Of a stretch of DNA of 34,924 nucleotides, positions 16,292 through 24,345 are shown in pieces. The stretch comes from Vicinamibacterales bacterium (GTDB lineage Bacteria; Acidobacteriota; Vicinamibacteria; Vicinamibacterales; 2-12-FULL-66-21), in the NCBI GenBank assembly GCA_046594705.1, contig JBKJRJ010000396.1, forward strand, positions 1 to 34,924, written 5' to 3'. Position 1 is the first letter of the stretch. Every line of letters starts with the position of its first letter. A program made the position numbers and the translations under genes. The notes beneath the pieces are model-generated. The model did not search any database, was not told the origin of the DNA, and was given only the letters and a program-made list of their open reading frames with translations.

Positions 16292-17374
16292 TCAGAGCCC
16301 CTGCGCCCGGATGAACGCCTCGAGCGCCTCGGCGAGGATCGCGTGGCCGCGCGGGGTGAGATGGACGGTCTGCTGGAAGAACACGTCCGCGCCGGGTAGC
16401 GCCGCGCGTAGTACCGGCAGGGCGTCGAATCGCGGAACCTGGACGGGCGCGAGCGCCTCGCCGAACCGGGTCGTCGCGGCGTCGCGCACCAGCTCGCCGC
16501 CGGCGCCGGCGACGGTCGCCGCGAGCCGGCCATAGTCGGGGTCGTCCACCTGGAAGCGCGCCGGCATCAGCATCACCATGGTCCGCGCACCCGCGGCGCT
16601 CGACTCACGGGCGATGGCCTCGATGCATTCGCGGGCGATCCGGAGCCCCTCGCCGATCCGCGGCGCCGGCCGTGCCGCATACGACTGCAGCGGTGGTTCC
16701 GGTGGCGCGCCAAACCTGGGGAGGCGGTCCGTGACGGCGACGGCACGCAGCCGGAGCACCTGCAACACCATGCTTCGCCGGACGAGCCGGCGCAGCCGCG
16801 TCACGATCGAATCGGAGAGGGCATCGGCCGAGGGGCGGGCGGCTCCCTGCAGCCGGAACGCCGACGTGACCGACTCTTCGGCGTCGTTGCCGACGAACAC
16901 GGTGGCGATGACCAGGTCGGGCTCGAAGCCACGCGCGACCTGTCGAAAGAACAGCAGCTCCTCGACCGGCCCGTAGCCCTGCACGCCGGCGTTGATCACC
17001 CGGTAGCGGACCGCACCGCCGCCGCGGTTGAGGCGATCTTCGAGCAGGCGGCAGAAGGTCTGGCGCTCGTCGACCTGGACCGAGAGGACCAGGGAATCTC
17101 CGAGGACCACAATCCGGCGTTCGTTGGCCGGCTTCGGTCCGATCTCTTCGTCGTCGCGGACGCCCTGGCCATTGATCGCGATCCGGGTATCGAATTCTGC
17201 GGTCACGAAGCGGCTGCGCGCGTTGGGTCGCAGCCGGTAGCCGATTGTCGCGTCGGGCATGAAGAGGGTCTGGAAGGCCGGGGCCGCCTCGGAATGACCC
17301 CACGCGCGAAGCGCCACCTCGAAGAGCGCGAACTGCGCGGCAGCGATCGCGAGCAGGAGGAGGGCGCGTCGCAT
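16292..17374 (-). CDS. SGNH/GDSL-type hydrolase-fold protein, likely the periplasmic acyl-transfer partner of the MBOAT (AlgJ/AlgX/PatB-like role)
   Basis: Start re-called to ATG at 17374, giving 360 aa. MRRALLLLAIAAAQFALF is a signal peptide or membrane anchor. Block I is VVLGDSLV, block III is VFVGNDAEE, and the C-terminal block is VHLTPRGH. The alternative ATG at 17431 would overlap the upstream gene by 35 nt. Confidence 0.65.
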   Translation of the reverse strand: MRRALLLLAIAAAQFALFEVALRAWGHSEAAPAFQTLFMPDATIGYRLRPNARSRFVTAEFDTRIAINGQGVRDDEEIGPKPANERRIVVLGDSLVLSVQVDERQTFCRLLEDRLNRGGGAVRYRVINAGVQGYGPVEELLFFRQVARGFEPDLVIATVFVGNDAEESVTSAFRLQGAARPSADALSDSIVTRLRRLVRRSMVLQVLRLRAVAVTDRLPRFGAPPEPPLQSYAARPAPRIGEGLRIARECIEAIARESSAAGARTMVMLMPARFQVDDPDYGRLAATVAGAGGELVRDAATTRFGEALAPVQVPRFDALPVLRAALPGADVFFQQTVHLTPRGHAILAEALEAFIRAQGL

Positions 17375-17396
17375 CACGGCGCGGAACTCGCGGGAC

Positions 17397-18482
17397 TCAC
17401 GTGGCGGTCGCCGCCTGCACCGCCGCCGCAACCTCCCCGATCGCCTCGCGGGTCATGCCCGGGTGCAGCGGCAGCGACAGGACCTCGCGGCACGCCCGAT
17501 CGGCGGCCGGGCACTGCACCGGCCGTTCGGAGGCGAGCGCCGGCTGACGCGGGATGGGGACCGGATAGTGAATCAGCGTCTCGATGCCGCGCGCCTGCAG
17601 CGTCGACTGCAGGGCATCGCGCGCCGGGCTCAGGATGGGGAACAGGTGATAGACGTGGCCGGGATCGCATTCCGGTGGGATCGTGAGGGACGCCCCGGTC
17701 AGGCGCAGCCGGTACTCCGCCGCCAGCGCGCGTCGCTCCTCGGTCCAGCCCGGCAGCCACGCCAGCCGCGCTCGGAGAATCGCCGCCTGCATCTCGTCGA
17801 GCCTGGAGTTCACGCCGAACTCGCCATGGTGATAGCGGTCGGTCTGGCCGCCGTTGCGCAGCCGGCGCAGGTGCGCCGCGATGGCTGGGTCGGCGACCGT
17901 GATCGCCCCGCCGTCGCCGAGCGCGCCGAGGTTCTTGGTCGGATAGAAGCTGTAGGCGGCCGCCGCCCCGAACGATCCCACCGGCACACCGCCGCAGGTC
18001 GCGAGGTGCGCCTGGCAGCAGTCCTCGACCACCAGCAGGCGATGCCGCGCCGCCACCTGCATCAGCGCGGGCATGTCGGCGGGCTGGCCATAGAGGTGGA
18101 CCGGCATCAGGGCTTTCGTGCGCGGCGTGACCGCGGCGGCCGCCGCGCGCGGGTCGAGCGTGAACCGTGCCGGATCGATGTCGGCGAACACCGGCCGCGC
18201 GCCGACCATCATGATGGCGAGCGCCGAGTAGGCGGCCGACAGCGGGGAGGTGATGACCTCGTCGCCGGGACCGACCCCGAGCACCCGCAGCGCGAGGGCC
18301 AGCGCATCCGTGCCGGTGCCGACGCCGACGGCGTGCGGCGCGCCGCAGGCGGCCGCGAACTCGGTTTCGAAGGCGTCCAGCTCCGGGCCCAGCACGAACC
18401 AGCCGCGCTGCACCACGCGGTCGATCGCGGCGCGGACATCCGCCGCGTCGACGCCGGGCTTCAGCGCGAGAAATGGAATCAC
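17397..18482 (-). CDS. DegT/DnrJ/EryC1/StrS-family PLP-dependent sugar aminotransferase (ArnB-like class)
   Basis: Start re-called to GTG at 18482, in a GTGA overlap with the upstream stop at 18479-18481. The product is 361 aa starting (M)IPFLALKPG. SFYPTKNLGALGDGG contains the PLP lysine. The extra 90 aa of the track ORF overlap the SDR gene and are R-rich. Confidence 0.85.
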   Translation of the reverse strand: MIPFLALKPGVDAADVRAAIDRVVQRGWFVLGPELDAFETEFAAACGAPHAVGVGTGTDALALALRVLGVGPGDEVITSPLSAAYSALAIMMVGARPVFADIDPARFTLDPRAAAAAVTPRTKALMPVHLYGQPADMPALMQVAARHRLLVVEDCCQAHLATCGGVPVGSFGAAAAYSFYPTKNLGALGDGGAITVADPAIAAHLRRLRNGGQTDRYHHGEFGVNSRLDEMQAAILRARLAWLPGWTEERRALAAEYRLRLTGASLTIPPECDPGHVYHLFPILSPARDALQSTLQARGIETLIHYPVPIPRQPALASERPVQCPAADRACREVLSLPLHPGMTREAIGEVAAAVQAATAT

Positions 18483-19498
18483 GCCGCCTCCACGTAGCGG
18501 GACAGGTTCGCGCGATAAAAGGCGATCGTCCGCTCGAAGCCTTCCCGCAGCGCGACGCGCGGCGCCCAGCCGGTTGCCGCGGTGAACTTCGACGAATCGG
18601 AATAGAAGCTGCCGATGTCGATGATCTTCTTCTCCGGCGGCCACGGCACGTAGGTGACGCTGCCGCTGCCGGCGACCTCGATCAGGATCTCGACGAGATC
18701 GCGGTGCGCGATCGGCTCGCGGCCGCCCACATTGAAGACTTCGCCGTCGCACGCGCCGCAGGCGCCGGCCCGGAGGAACGCCTCGGCGGCGTCTTCGACA
18801 AAGACGAAATCGCGCATCTGCGATCCGTCGCCGAAGATCTGGATCTCACGCCCTTCGAGCGCCAGCCGCAGGAACCAGCCGATGAACCCCTGGCGGTTGT
18901 GTTTGATGAGCTGCCGGGGTCCGTAGACGTTGGTCAGCCTGAGCGACGTGGCGCGCACGCCGAAGGCATTGTTATAGAGCAGGTGGTAATACTCGCCCGC
19001 GGCCTTGTTCACTCCGTTGACGTCGATCGGCCGCACCAGGTGCGATTCGTCGACCGGCAGCCGGTCAGGTTTGCCATAGACCTGACGGGTGCCGGCGAAG
19101 ACCACCTTCACCGCGGGGTTGAACTTCCGGCAGGCCTCGAGCATCGAGAGCTGCGCCCGGCAGTTGATGTCGAGGTCGGTGAAGGGATCGCGCATGCTGT
19201 CGATGTGGCTGACCTGCCCGGCGAGATTGAAAATGATCTCGCGATCGCGCACCAGGACATTCATGATCGTCTCGTTGCGCACGTCGGCGATGTTGACGCG
19301 AAGGCGGTCTTCCAGGCCGTCGATGTTGAACAGGTTGCCGCCGTAGTCGGGGATCATGGCGTCGACCAGCAGCACGTCGGCGCCCAGCTGCACGAGCTGG
19401 CGCGCCAGATTGCTGCCGATGAAGCCCAGGCCGCCGGTCACGAGCACGCGGCGGCCGCGGTAGAACTCCCGGTAGGCGGGAACCGGTTCAGGCGGCAT
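18479..19498 (-). CDS. extended SDR NAD-dependent epimerase/dehydratase with an apparently non-canonical triad (T...N-x3-K)
   Basis: 339 aa. VLVTGGLGFIGSNL carries the GxxGxxG motif. FAGTRQVYG provides the Thr. The position expected for YxxxK reads NGVNK (codons 19018-19004, AAC in place of TAC). FGDGSQMRDFVFVED follows. Confidence 0.8.
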   Translation of the reverse strand: MPPEPVPAYREFYRGRRVLVTGGLGFIGSNLARQLVQLGADVLLVDAMIPDYGGNLFNIDGLEDRLRVNIADVRNETIMNVLVRDREIIFNLAGQVSHIDSMRDPFTDLDINCRAQLSMLEACRKFNPAVKVVFAGTRQVYGKPDRLPVDESHLVRPIDVNGVNKAAGEYYHLLYNNAFGVRATSLRLTNVYGPRQLIKHNRQGFIGWFLRLALEGREIQIFGDGSQMRDFVFVEDAAEAFLRAGACGACDGEVFNVGGREPIAHRDLVEILIEVAGSGSVTYVPWPPEKKIIDIGSFYSDSSKFTAATGWAPRVALREGFERTIAFYRANLSRYVEAA

Positions 19499-20222
19499 GC
19501 TTGTGTTGGCCCCGGATGACCAGCGAGTACCACAGCTTCATGACGTCGATCGCCGTGCGCACCAGCCGCCGGTAGTTGAAGAACTGCGACTTGCCAAACG
19601 CACGGTGATAGTGGTGCACGGGCACCTCGGCGATCCGGAAGCCGCCGTCGGTGATCTTCTTCATCATCTCCAGACAGATGACGCCGCTGTTTTTCTCCAG
19701 ATGCACCGTGTCGAAAATCGACCGGCGCATCATCCGGAAATCGCAATCCACATCGCGGACTGTCAGGCCGAACAGCAGCTTGACCGTGTGATGGTAGATC
19801 CGTCCGATCACGATGCGGTGGAGCGGGTCGGAGCGGCTGATCTTGTAGCCGTTCACCAGGTCCACATCGTCGCCGAAGCGGTTCCAGAGCACTTCCATTT
19901 CGGCGGGATCGTATTGCGCGTCGCCGTCGGTGTAGAACACCAGCTCGCGCGTGGCGCTGGCGAACCCCGTGCGCAAGGCGCCGCCATAGCCGCGGTTCTG
20001 CGCGTGGTGGACGATGCGGACCTCAGGGTAGGTGCCCGCCAGTTCATCGAGGATCTCGGCGGTGTTGTCCTGGCTGCCGTCGTTCACCACGATGACTTCG
20101 TGGTCCGGCGTCAGCTTCCGTGCCGTGCGCAAGGCCGTGATCACGAGGCTCGCGATGGTCCCGCTGTCGTTGTACGCGGGAAAGAAAATGCTCAGACCCG
20201 TCGCGGGTCCCTGCTTGGACAT
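19488..20222 (-). CDS. GT2 family glycosyltransferase, polyprenyl-phosphate sugar synthase-like (ArnC/DPM1 class, no C-terminal TM)
   Basis: 244 aa. LSIFFPAYNDSG, VIVVNDGSQDNT, YTDGDAQY (DxD) and RNRGYGGALRTG are present. Confidence 0.8.
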   Translation of the reverse strand: MSKQGPATGLSIFFPAYNDSGTIASLVITALRTARKLTPDHEVIVVNDGSQDNTAEILDELAGTYPEVRIVHHAQNRGYGGALRTGFASATRELVFYTDGDAQYDPAEMEVLWNRFGDDVDLVNGYKISRSDPLHRIVIGRIYHHTVKLLFGLTVRDVDCDFRMMRRSIFDTVHLEKNSGVICLEMMKKITDGGFRIAEVPVHHYHRAFGKSQFFNYRRLVRTAIDVMKLWYSLVIRGQHKHAA

Positions 20223-20236
20223 GGAAGAGCTAAATC

Positions 20237-21484
20237 TTATCGGGTGAGTGAGTTGAAGGCAAGAGCGCGATCGTAGGCGGCCTCGAATCGCGCCGCCGCC
20301 GCTCCCCAGCCGAAGCGGGCCTCGACCAGCGCACGCCCGCCGCGGCCGAGCGCCGCTCCGCGGACCGGATCGCGCAGCAGGGCGCCGAGCGCCGCGGCCA
20401 GCGCGGCCGGGTCGCGCTCGGGCACGATCACGCCGCTCTCCCCGTGCTCGACGACGGCGGTGATGCCGCCCGCGGGCGTGCTGACGAGCGGGGTGCCCGA
20501 GGCCAGCGCTTCGAGCACCGTGTTCGGCAGGCCGTCCACGTTCCCGCTGTCGTCACGGACCGAGGGGACGACGGCCGCGTCGGCCGCCGCAAACCACTCG
20601 GCGACCTCGTCCTGCGGCAGGTCGCCGAGGAAATGGACTCGCGACCCGACATTCGCGGCACTGGCCCGTGCGCGCAGCTCCGCGGCGAGGTCGCCGCCGC
20701 CCGCAATCGCCAGATGCGCCGGCGCCAGGCCGGCGCCGGCGTCGATCAGTGCGAGCGCCTCGATCACGTACTCGAAACCCTTCTTCCGCACGAGACGACC
20801 GGCGGTGAAGATGAGCGGGGCGCCCGGCGCCAGCGCGATCCGCGCCCGGACCGCGTCGCGCGTGCCGGCCGCGGGCGTAAACCGCGCGGTGTCGACGCCG
20901 TAGGGCACGACCTCGAGTCGCTCGCGCACCGCCCCGAGCCCCACGGCGCGCTCCGCGAGGTCCTGACTGCACGCCGTCACGAATCCGGCGCGCTGGAATA
21001 CCCGTCGCGCCGCCAGGCCCGCGACAGCGGTGCGCTCGGCGACATACACGTCCGAGCCGTGCAGGCTCACCACCAGCGGCAACGCCGGCCGCGCGGCCGC
21101 CGCCATCACGCCACCCGGAACGACCCAATGACCATGCATGACGGTCGCCCGCTTCTTCTGCGCTACCCGCAGCGCCTTGAACCAGCCGGCCGTCATCGCC
21201 AGCGGCGCCGCCAGCCAGGCGGCCGTCTTCAGCTCGACGTCGGCGCGAAGACCCGCCGCGTAGCCGAACACGTTCAGCGCCGGCACCGGAGCGTAGTGAA
21301 AAAAATGAAAAAAGACGCCGTCCTCGACCTTGGCGCGGGTGATCCGCGGGTGCCACGGCGCCACGATATGCACCTCGTGGCCGCGCGCCGCCACCTGCTT
21401 GGCAATCGGCTCCATGAAGGTGCCGACCGAATCCCCGGGAAACCTGGGGTACGACGTCGTCACCATCACCACGACGTGGCGCAT
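20237..21484 (-). CDS. GT4 family (GT-B) glycosyltransferase
   Basis: I prefer ATG at 21484 (MRHVVVMVTTSYP), 1 nt after the upstream stop, because the track start at 21508 is a TTG. The product is 415 aa. The EX7E-type region is DGLPNTVLEALASGTPLVST. Confidence 0.8.
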   Translation of the reverse strand: MRHVVVMVTTSYPRFPGDSVGTFMEPIAKQVAARGHEVHIVAPWHPRITRAKVEDGVFFHFFHYAPVPALNVFGYAAGLRADVELKTAAWLAAPLAMTAGWFKALRVAQKKRATVMHGHWVVPGGVMAAAARPALPLVVSLHGSDVYVAERTAVAGLAARRVFQRAGFVTACSQDLAERAVGLGAVRERLEVVPYGVDTARFTPAAGTRDAVRARIALAPGAPLIFTAGRLVRKKGFEYVIEALALIDAGAGLAPAHLAIAGGGDLAAELRARASAANVGSRVHFLGDLPQDEVAEWFAAADAAVVPSVRDDSGNVDGLPNTVLEALASGTPLVSTPAGGITAVVEHGESGVIVPERDPAALAAALGALLRDPVRGAALGRGGRALVEARFGWGAAAARFEAAYDRALAFNSLTR

Positions 21485-21485
21485 G

Positions 21486-22196
21486 TCAGGAGCGGGAGCG
21501 GAAGACAAGGCGCCACGGCATGATCAGCGACTCGAGCAGGACGTGCGAGGACAGCTTGGACTGACCGAGCCGGCGCTCGACGAAAATGATCGGCACCTCG
21601 CCGATGCGGAAGCCGCGCTGCTTGGCCTCGTACATCATTTCGACCAGGAAGGCGTAGCCATCCGAGACCATCGCGGCCACCGGCAGGCGCGCGAGCGCCT
21701 CGCGCCGCCAGCAGCGATAGCCGCTGGTGCAGTCGCTCGCGGCCAGGTTCGTCACCAACCGGATGTAGCGGTTGCCGAAGGCGCTGAGCAGGATGCGATG
21801 AATCGGCCAGTTGACGACGCTGACGCCGCCATTCATGTAGCGGGAGCCGATCACGAGATCGTGCGTGGCGGCGGCGCCCACCAGATGCGGCAGGTAGGTC
21901 GGATCGTGCGACAGATCACAGTCCATCTGGCAGATGAAGTCGGCGCGACCTTCCGTGACGGCGCGCATGAGGCCGTCCACGTACGAGCGGCCGAGACCGC
22001 GGGGTCCGGTCCGGTGTATCACCTCGACCCGTCCGGCGTGGTCGAGCGCCAACTGGTCCGCCACCGCGCCGGTCCCGTCGGGTGAGCCGTCGTCCACCAC
22101 GAGCAGCCGGAAGCCCTCGTGCGCGAGCACGCCGGCCGCCAGCAGCGGCAGATTGTCGCGTTCGTTATACGTGGGCGTGACGACGAGTACATTCAT
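21486..22196 (-). CDS. GT2 polyprenol-phosphate mannosyltransferase-like (Ppm1/DPM1 catalytic-domain type)
   Basis: 236 aa. MNVLVVTPTYNERDNL, LLVVDDGSPDGT, QMDCDLSHDP, LVIGSRY and TSGYRCW are present. An ATGA overlap with the upstream GT-C gene lies at 22193-22196. Confidence 0.8.
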   Translation of the reverse strand: MNVLVVTPTYNERDNLPLLAAGVLAHEGFRLLVVDDGSPDGTGAVADQLALDHAGRVEVIHRTGPRGLGRSYVDGLMRAVTEGRADFICQMDCDLSHDPTYLPHLVGAAATHDLVIGSRYMNGGVSVVNWPIHRILLSAFGNRYIRLVTNLAASDCTSGYRCWRREALARLPVAAMVSDGYAFLVEMMYEAKQRGFRIGEVPIIFVERRLGQSKLSSHVLLESLIMPWRLVFRSRS

Positions 22197-23482
22197 TTAT
22201 TTCGGAGACCGGCGAGCAGCGCGGCCGACACGATCAGGGCGGGATCGATCACGGGGATGCGAAACCGCTCCTGGGGAAAAAACACCAGGCCAGCCGCGAC
22301 CGTAGCGGCGGCCATCAGCCAGAGAGCGGCGGGACCGCCCCGCCGGCCGCTCACGCGCCAGCGCCACGCGCCCACGATCGCCGCCGGCAGAATCAGCAGG
22401 TACGAGAGTACGGACGCCACGCGATAACGCTCCGAGTGTAGCGCATACGACGGGCCGAACGGCACGACGGTATAGAACGCTTTGCGTGCCATGAGCCCGA
22501 GCCACGCGGCGGGCTCGCGGCGCATCCAGGCCAGCGCGTCGCGGTAGTAGAGCGGCTCGAGTTGTTCGGGCGTGAGATTCGGGTGGGCGCCGCGGAACGT
22601 CAGTTCCGCGCGCTTGATGTCGAGATTCGCCGCCAGGTCGCCATCGCCGCGCGCGAGCGGGTGGTTGCCGGTCCAGAACGTGACGCCGCCCTCCGAGGCG
22701 ACGGCAATCCAGCGTCCATAGACCCGGTGGTTGCGCATCGTCCAGGGTGCGACGCAGAGGATGGCGACGAGGACGAACACGCCGGCCGCCAGTGGGCGGC
22801 GGCGCCAGAAGAACCACAGCGCCGCGAGCGGTACGAAGAAGATCATCGCCGGGCGGGTGAGGATAGCCACCCCGGTGAGGACGGCACCGGCGAGGACGCG
22901 GGAAGGCGGAGGCTCGAGACTGGAGTCTGGCACCGGGTCGGGGGCTCCGCCCAGTTCCACTCTCCACCCTCCAGCCTCCTGCAGCACGAGCGCCGCGGCG
23001 AGGGCGAGCGTGGAGAAGAGCGTCTCGCTCAGCACGTACGACGGCATCCAGATGAGCGGCGGGTAGCAGGCGGCGATCGCGGCGGCGGCGACGGCGGCGC
23101 GCGGCCCGGCGGCGCGCCCCGCTATGGCGGCGATCAGCCAGATCCCGATCGCGCTGACCACCGCCTGCGCCAGCTGCACGCGGCGCGGCGCCTGATGCAC
23201 CGGGAGCGGTTCAATCACGGCCGCGAGAAAGAGGGGGTAGCCGGGGGCGCGGCCGAACTGCTGCGCCGTGCCGGGCGACGGCTCGTCGGCGGGATAGCGG
23301 AACCCTTCACCGCGCGCGACGCTGCGGGCCAGCGCCAGGTACTCACGTTCGTCGTGCGTCAGCGGCTGTCCCACCCAGTAGAACAGCGCGAACGCGACGC
23401 GGAGCGCCAGGCCGGCCAGCACGCACGCGATCACCCAGCGCCGGCAGGTCGGCGGGTGGTGCGTCCGCCGCGGCGGTATCAC
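22193..23482 (-). CDS. GT-C fold membrane glycosyltransferase (ArnT/PMT_2/GT39-83-like)
   Basis: Start re-called to GTG at 23482, in a GTGA overlap with the upstream stop at 23479-23481. The product is 429 aa. TM1 is followed by QPLTHDEREYLALARSVARGEGF, a DE..Y loop motif typical of ArnT-like enzymes. The protein is polytopic. Confidence 0.75.
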   Translation of the reverse strand: MIPPRRTHHPPTCRRWVIACVLAGLALRVAFALFYWVGQPLTHDEREYLALARSVARGEGFRYPADEPSPGTAQQFGRAPGYPLFLAAVIEPLPVHQAPRRVQLAQAVVSAIGIWLIAAIAGRAAGPRAAVAAAAIAACYPPLIWMPSYVLSETLFSTLALAAALVLQEAGGWRVELGGAPDPVPDSSLEPPPSRVLAGAVLTGVAILTRPAMIFFVPLAALWFFWRRRPLAAGVFVLVAILCVAPWTMRNHRVYGRWIAVASEGGVTFWTGNHPLARGDGDLAANLDIKRAELTFRGAHPNLTPEQLEPLYYRDALAWMRREPAAWLGLMARKAFYTVVPFGPSYALHSERYRVASVLSYLLILPAAIVGAWRWRVSGRRGGPAALWLMAAATVAAGLVFFPQERFRIPVIDPALIVSAALLAGLRNK

Positions 23483-24339
23483 CGGCGGCCTTCGAAGCGG
23501 AGGGCGGAGATCTGTTCTGAGACCAGCCCGACGAGGAAGACCACGACGGCGAACAGGATGAGCAGCACCGAGGAGTTGGTCACGTGCTGCTGCGTCGCGA
23601 CGGTCCACACGGCATAGGCCGCGCCGGCCACGAACGAGACCAGGCTGATCGGCATGAAGATCCGCAGCGGGCTGAAGAGGGTAATCATCTTGAAGATGAT
23701 CATCAGGAACTTGGCGCCGTCGCGCGCGAGGCGGATCTTGGATTGGCCGCTTCGCTGGCGGGCATGGATCGGTTCGAAGGTCACGCTGTAGCCGCCCTTC
23801 AGGAACGCCAGCGTCGTCGTGGTCGGCGTCGAAAAGCCGTTGGGCAGGAGGTGAAGAAACTCGCGCATGCCGGAGGCGCGGGCGCCGCGGAATCCGGAGG
23901 TGAGATCCGGGATCTCGCGTCCGGTCAGGTAGCTCGCCAGCCGGTTGAGCGCGCCGTTGCCGGCGCGGCGCGCCTGACTCGCCTGCGTTTCGATCGAGCG
24001 CGCCCCGATCACCAGGTCGTAGTGTCCGAGTTTCGCCACCAGCCGCAGCGCGTCTTCCGGCGGATGCTGGCCGTCGGCGTCCACGATGAGCACGAACTCG
24101 CCGGTCGCGCGGCGGATCCCGTTCTTCACGGCCGCGCCGTTGCCGATATTGTAGGCGTGACGGACGACGGTGGCGCCGGCGGCGGCGGCCTGCTCGCCGG
24201 TGCCGTCAGTCGAGCCGTCATCGACGACGATGATCTCGTGCCAGGCGGCGGCCCCGCGCAGGACGCCGATGACTTCCGCGATCGACTCGCTCTCGTTGAA
24301 CGCCGGAATGATGATGGAGACGCTGGCCGGATCCGCCAT
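23479..24339 (-). CDS. GT2 polyprenyl-phosphate glycosyltransferase with two C-terminal TM helices (GtrB/ArnC-like)
   Basis: 286 aa. VSIIIPAFNESESI, IIVVDDGSTDGT and IVDADGQHPPED (DxD) are present. The C-terminus has two hydrophobic helices (PLRIFMPISLVSFVAGAAYAVW and VLLILFAVVVFLVGLV). Confidence 0.8.
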   Translation of the reverse strand: MADPASVSIIIPAFNESESIAEVIGVLRGAAAWHEIIVVDDGSTDGTGEQAAAAGATVVRHAYNIGNGAAVKNGIRRATGEFVLIVDADGQHPPEDALRLVAKLGHYDLVIGARSIETQASQARRAGNGALNRLASYLTGREIPDLTSGFRGARASGMREFLHLLPNGFSTPTTTTLAFLKGGYSVTFEPIHARQRSGQSKIRLARDGAKFLMIIFKMITLFSPLRIFMPISLVSFVAGAAYAVWTVATQQHVTNSSVLLILFAVVVFLVGLVSEQISALRFEGRR

Positions 24340-24345
24340 GGGCCG

